From an uncultured virus (IMG/VR IMGVR_UViG_3300043409_001074) (taxonomy: Duplodnaviria > Heunggongvirae > Uroviricota > Caudoviricetes), in IMG/VR virus record IMGVR_UViG_3300043409_001074: 64,000 nt of DNA; one strand, 5' to 3'. The notes beneath the pieces were generated by a model. That model saw only the letters and a program-made list of their open reading frames with translations, searched no databases and had not been told where the DNA came from. The position numbers were made by a program, and so were the translations under genes. Of the stretch, positions 60,447 through 64,000 are shown piece after piece (the first letter of the stretch is position 1; every line of letters begins with the position of its first letter).

Positions 60447-61316
60447 TTACCCATTGCAACAAGTAATGCGACACTGACGTTCCCAACCCTTGGGATTAGC
60501 CTGAATTGCATTACTAATTTTTACTGCCGTTCGCAAAGATACCTCACGAAGATTATTGAGATTATTACTGATAAATCCCACAACATCTTCAATTTGAGAC
60601 TTGTCCAACTTATCAGACAACATATCATGTTCATAAATTACTTGCTTAATACGAATTAGATAATGACGGCGGGTTTTCATTCCCAATTCAATATAATCAG
60701 AACGGGAAACCATTGCACCAACATGCGGCGCCAATTTATCCTTACTATTGGCAACGGCATCAAAATCCGTATTAGTGATAAAGATCATACCACCATTATA
60801 TTCAAAAGAAGTTGGCAATGGTTCACCATCCTCCGTTCGCATATTGGTTTCAGCACGCCAAGAAATAACACGTTCTTCAGTTGTATCGCACGCCGCCTTC
60901 ATCAGAGAAAGACTAATTTCATCCATGAAGACACAATCAGAGTCATCCAGAATTAGAATATCACCTGATCCTGAATTTTCAAACAATAGCTTATACAACC
61001 CAGTAGGGCGAATAAATCCACGACTGATAGTATACTTATCCGATGAGTAATTACGCATTTTTTCTTCTACAGTGTAGGACTTACCCACCCCGGCAGGACC
61101 GGATACAATAAGACTCCGACTAAATCCATTGATAACCATATCAGTTAGATCAGCCAATACCTCGAATCGTTCCCGAATACGAAAATCAATTTCATCATCC
61201 GTTTCTTGCTTTGTTTCCGCTCCCTTAATGATACCAGATGGGCGAATAATACCAGATGAATTATTATTATTGGTATTATCAGCAGCAACATTCAACACTC
61301 GCTTATTGACGATCAA
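60447..61316 (-). CDS. AAA-family ATPase typical of T4-like early regions (TTG start)
   Basis: IRERF.VL, SLIVSGPAGVGKS, LILDDSD, LMKAA.D, F.Y.G..IFITN, LREVSLR. Confidence 0.88.
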   Translation of the reverse strand: MIVNKRVLNVAADNTNNNNSSGIIRPSGIIKGAETKQETDDEIDFRIRERFEVLADLTDMVINGFSRSLIVSGPAGVGKSYTVEEKMRNYSSDKYTISRGFIRPTGLYKLLFENSGSGDILILDDSDCVFMDEISLSLMKAACDTTEERVISWRAETNMRTEDGEPLPTSFEYNGGMIFITNTDFDAVANSKDKLAPHVGAMVSRSDYIELGMKTRRHYLIRIKQVIYEHDMLSDKLDKSQIEDVVGFISNNLNNLREVSLRTAVKISNAIQANPKGWERQCRITCCNG

Positions 61317-61352
61317 AAATAAAATCCTTTATAGAGTTATTCCGATGAAAAC

Positions 61353-61381
61353 AATATAGACCGATATCCTCTAGGTGTCAA
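61353..61381 (-). promoter_or_regulatory. Sigma70-type early promoter
   Basis: TTGACA-17 nt-TATATT. Confidence 0.8.
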
Positions 61382-61387
61382 TCATTA

Positions 61388-61930
61388 TCATGCATTAAAT
61401 TGTCCTATAATTGGTATCTTACTCCAAATACGAGAATTAACCTTATTAATCAATTCTCCATTACATTCCAGCAATTCATCACAATGTCTAATAATTAATT
61501 CATTAGGGAAACAGTGTGGACGAATCTGTAATAGTCTATCAATTGCAAAATCAATCTCATATGGCCTGTAGTTTGATGTTCGTAGCAATCTTTGAACAAG
61601 TAATCCTAATGCCATGGCTGGACTCCTTGAAATACCAGCCTCACAATGGACGATAATTATCTCATTATTGACTAAATCCTTGGCCCAATCCAATATACTT
61701 TCTATTTGTTCTATTTTCGGAGAATGTGATATATTTGGATCAATTTCATCTTTCATCACGATTCTAATTTTCTGGATATTATGAATGATAGGAATGAATG
61801 TCCTGGATATATTAATTTCATCAGGGACAAAAGCAAATACATCAGGATCAAGTAAACTGATTACATGGGTAGCCTTCACCCGTCTAATGGTTCTTTCTAC
61901 TTCACGCCTATTGCATATTACAATATCCAT
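61388..61930 (-). CDS. Predicted tyrosine/dual-specificity phosphatase (COG5350-like)
   Basis: THVISLLDP, VHCEAGISRS (CX5R), IRP...PN. Confidence 0.9.
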   Translation of the reverse strand: MDIVICNRREVERTIRRVKATHVISLLDPDVFAFVPDEINISRTFIPIIHNIQKIRIVMKDEIDPNISHSPKIEQIESILDWAKDLVNNEIIIVHCEAGISRSPAMALGLLVQRLLRTSNYRPYEIDFAIDRLLQIRPHCFPNELIIRHCDELLECNGELINKVNSRIWSKIPIIGQFNA

Positions 61931-61988
61931 TTTATTAATTCCTATTTCTCTCTATAGTAACTATTATCTGTTTCATTTTGACAAATTA

Positions 61989-62017
61989 AGTATACCGAGA
62001 AAAAACAGGAATGTCAA
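61989..62017 (-). promoter_or_regulatory. Sigma70-type early promoter, leftward arm of a divergent region
   Basis: TTGACA-17 nt-TATACT. Confidence 0.85.
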
Positions 62018-62163
62018 GCATTATTTTCGCTATTTTTCAGTCAATAGTGAATCTTTTTCCTGACATTATTCTCTATTTTTAGACTCGTTTTCATAAACAT
62101 AATTTCTCATATTCAACCGAGAATGTCAATGAGATTTATCATCATATTCCCTTAAAAATTCCG

Positions 62164-62192
62164 TTGACAATGGTATGTCTATTGGCTATATT
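62164..62192 (+). promoter_or_regulatory. Sigma70-type early promoter, rightward arm of a divergent region
   Basis: TTGACA-17 nt-TATATT. Confidence 0.8.
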
Positions 62193-62235
62193 CCTTGTAT
62201 CGAAACCGCTAAAGAGACATGAAAAGGAATAGAAA

Positions 62236-62592
62236 ATGACGTTTGATACAAAAATCCAGCCGCGCGTGACAATTTCATCCGGCCCGTCAGGCTTTGAGGC
62301 AGTAATTAAGACTCCTTCAAATATTAAGACTCCTTCAAATACGGTAAATAATACCGTATTTGACGTTAATACAGTATGGGTATTTAGGAGCGGGAATCAA
62401 TATCCTATTATTATCCGCAGTATCACAAACAACGTGGATACCGCGTCTTATCCGCGTATGATCACTTTTGAAACTGTCAAGGGAGAAATGCTGACATTGC
62501 CAGCGAATACATTTAATTCCTCATTGACAAAGACGGAATTTAAGGCTATGAAATTTTCTGCGATCAAAAATGCCTTGAAGGATATCATCTAA
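62236..62592 (+). CDS. Hypothetical early protein
   Basis: AAGGA RBS after promoter. Confidence 0.7.
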   Translation: MTFDTKIQPRVTISSGPSGFEAVIKTPSNIKTPSNTVNNTVFDVNTVWVFRSGNQYPIIIRSITNNVDTASYPRMITFETVKGEMLTLPANTFNSSLTKTEFKAMKFSAIKNALKDII

Positions 62593-62624
62593 AAATAAAG
62601 ATTGAAAATCCTGCAAAAAATATC

Positions 62625-62653
62625 TTGACTACCAACATCTAATCGACTAATAT
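62625..62653 (+). promoter_or_regulatory. Sigma70-type early promoter
   Basis: TTGACT-17 nt-TAATAT. Confidence 0.6.
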
Positions 62654-62721
62654 CTCTCTCATAGGAAGCGGAATGGTTCTTCTTCCTACTCTGTGAAACA
62701 AAACATAAGGAATTATACATT

Positions 62722-63243
62722 ATGAACGCTTCTACCGAAACCAACAATGCCGTTGTCGCCGCTGATATCCATGGTGGCCGTTATGCTCGCAAGCATGAAG
62801 ACCGGGTTCGTATTACCGCGAATGAGGAAGCCCTTACCGGGCAGATTGCGGCAAGCCTGGAAGATTGCATGATTGCTTTGACTGGTAATCCCAATATGAT
62901 TGCCACCATTCGTCGCAGTCCGAATCGGCGCTTCGCGCGTGTCCTGTTTGACGTTTTCATTGAAGACGGGAATGATAATCAGACCATCAATTCCGATCTG
63001 ACAATGGAGGAAGCCAAGGCTTTCGTTAAGGCGATTGAAACCGCTCATGTTTGGTTCACTCACAACAATGTCGCATCGTCGCAGGATGATGATAATACCG
63101 TTGTGGTCCTGGCCGATACCGTGGCCGATACCGTTGCCCAGGAGGTTGCCCAGGAGGTTGCCCAGGAGGTTGCCCAGGAGGTTGCCCAGGACGATACCGA
63201 GACTGTCACGGAAGCCACTACGGAAGGCGCTACGCAAGCATAA
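62722..63243 (+). CDS. GC-rich early protein with acidic repetitive tail
   Basis: AAGGA RBS; many C/G-ending codons; followed by a 14-bp hairpin. Confidence 0.8.
   Translation: MNASTETNNAVVAADIHGGRYARKHEDRVRITANEEALTGQIAASLEDCMIALTGNPNMIATIRRSPNRRFARVLFDVFIEDGNDNQTINSDLTMEEAKAFVKAIETAHVWFTHNNVASSQDDDNTVVVLADTVADTVAQEVAQEVAQEVAQEVAQDDTETVTEATTEGATQA
63133..63192 (+). repeat. 12-nt tandem repeat GTTGCCCAGGAG x5 (VAQE)
   Basis: Four perfect copies and one ending GAC. Confidence 0.95.
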
Positions 63244-63266
63244 TACCATCGCCTAGACTAACATAG

Positions 63267-63307
63267 CTAATGGGATAGGGACAATTCAATAAACCCTATC
63301 CCATTAG
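63267..63307 (+). terminator. 14-bp inverted repeat (terminator or processing hairpin)
   Basis: CTAATGGGATAGGG / CCCTATCCCATTAG. Confidence 0.65.
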
Positions 63308-63338
63308 GAATTTCTAATATCAAATAAGGATTGAAAAC

Positions 63339-63644
63339 ATGGATGATACTGAAAACCAATCTGATATTTCTAATTCTGGCCGAATCCCGAATCATCCTAA
63401 TGTAAAGGTATCGGCGGAACAACGCAAGGCAAATAGTAATTGGATTCGTAAGCGGGACCAATGGCGTAAGGAATATGAATCGACTGTTCGGGTAATTCGT
63501 TTTCTAAAGCGCGAAGTTAGGAACATGCCTACCTATGACGCCAGGACTACCCTTGCCGCCCTTCAGGATCGCGCCCTAGACCTTATGGATATCAGGGAGG
63601 GTATTGGTATCGGATTGAAGGCAACGGCATATCCATACGTCTAA
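63339..63644 (+). CDS. Hypothetical protein
   Basis: AAGGA RBS; ends LKATAYPYV. Confidence 0.7.
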   Translation: MDDTENQSDISNSGRIPNHPNVKVSAEQRKANSNWIRKRDQWRKEYESTVRVIRFLKREVRNMPTYDARTTLAALQDRALDLMDIREGIGIGLKATAYPYV

Positions 63645-63660
63645 TATGGATTATTTAATA

Positions 63661-63712
63661 AGGCTTATAGAGTCATTTTATGGTTGACTCTATAAGCCTA
63701 ATCGCATATGAT
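63661..63712 (+). promoter_or_regulatory. 15-bp hairpin overlapping a sigma70 promoter
   Basis: AGGCTTATAGAGTCA/TGACTCTATAAGCCT (63661-63699); TTGACT(63684)-17 nt-TATGAT(63707). Confidence 0.7.
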
Positions 63713-63746
63713 GTTTTTATCGGAAAGAGGAAAAGGGAATAAGACT

Positions 63747-63881
63747 ATGGATGATTTTGATACCCAGGTTCAATGTGAGGAAGTATATGAGGGAAAATAT
63801 ACTAAAGAAGAATATGATGAATATATGCAATTTATTGACCAGGGTTCTCAATTCTGGGATGAAGTATTAAAATTTGAATGA
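63747..63881 (+). CDS. Very acidic 44-aa protein, absent from ORF track
   Basis: MDDFDTQVQCEEVYEGKYTKEEYDEYMQFIDQGSQFWDEVLKFE; AAGGGA RBS behind its own promoter. Confidence 0.65.
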   Translation: MDDFDTQVQCEEVYEGKYTKEEYDEYMQFIDQGSQFWDEVLKFE

Positions 63882-63896
63882 ATAATAAATAATTGT

Positions 63897-63970
63897 GTTA
63901 GTGTAGCTTAATGGCAAAGCGCGAGTCTCCAAAACTTGATACGTGGGTTCGATTCCTACCATTTTCGCCA
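63897..63970 (+). tRNA. tRNA-Trp(CCA), degenerate acceptor stem
   Basis: D-arm GCTT/AAGC, anticodon arm CGAGT-CTCCAAA-ACTTG, T-arm GTGGG-TTCGATT-CCTAC, encoded CCA; acceptor GTTAGTG/CATTTTC has two U-U mismatches. Confidence 0.75.
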
Positions 63971-64000
63971 TTTATCTTTTTATTTAGACTCATTATAGAT

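Noticed and set aside
62713..63256. Minus-strand 178-aa ORF and + strand 73-aa LPRR-repeat ORF
   Set aside because: Alternative frames of the GC-rich gene 62722-63243, which has the RBS and promoter
22..63970. Alternative genetic code (stop-codon reassignment)
   Set aside because: Core genes are full length under the standard code and end in TAA, TAG or TGA; the tRNA anticodons seen are CCA and CAU, not suppressors

Overview
A 64 kb AT-rich segment of a large T4-like myovirus genome with the exo-T-even gene order seen in cyanophages and alphaproteobacterial T4-like phages. Bases 1-19 are an Illumina adapter remnant. From about 20 to 29.5 kb is the + strand virion module: gp6, gp7, gp8, a VrlC/DUF4815-like pair, a repeat-rich tail fibre, gp13-gp23 and no gp24. 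Two convergent homing endonuclease genes follow, then gp3-uvsY-uvsW-gp55-gp47-gp46 (gp46 carries a 150-aa mini-intein in its Walker A motif) and a divergent peptide deformylase. From about 41.6 to 62 kb is a mostly minus-strand early/accessory region with many sigma70-type promoters. It holds two RNA ligases, a PNK-like kinase, NAMPT, a SLOG protein, phosphoesterases, an HNH gene between two paralogues, and small DUF1127 and ArfA-like ORFs missing from the ORF track. Two late-promoter genes with capsid-targeting-like N-termini sit in this region, one a protein-kinase-like protein. A degenerate tRNA-Trp and two tRNA remnants are present. The most unusual signal is a set of recurring ~75-150 nt GC-rich patches inside unrelated coding genes that avoid AAT/ATT trinucleotides, apparently at some cost to protein sequence. 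The host is probably an alphaproteobacterium (inference). All assignments come from reading motifs and synteny by eye; no searches were run.
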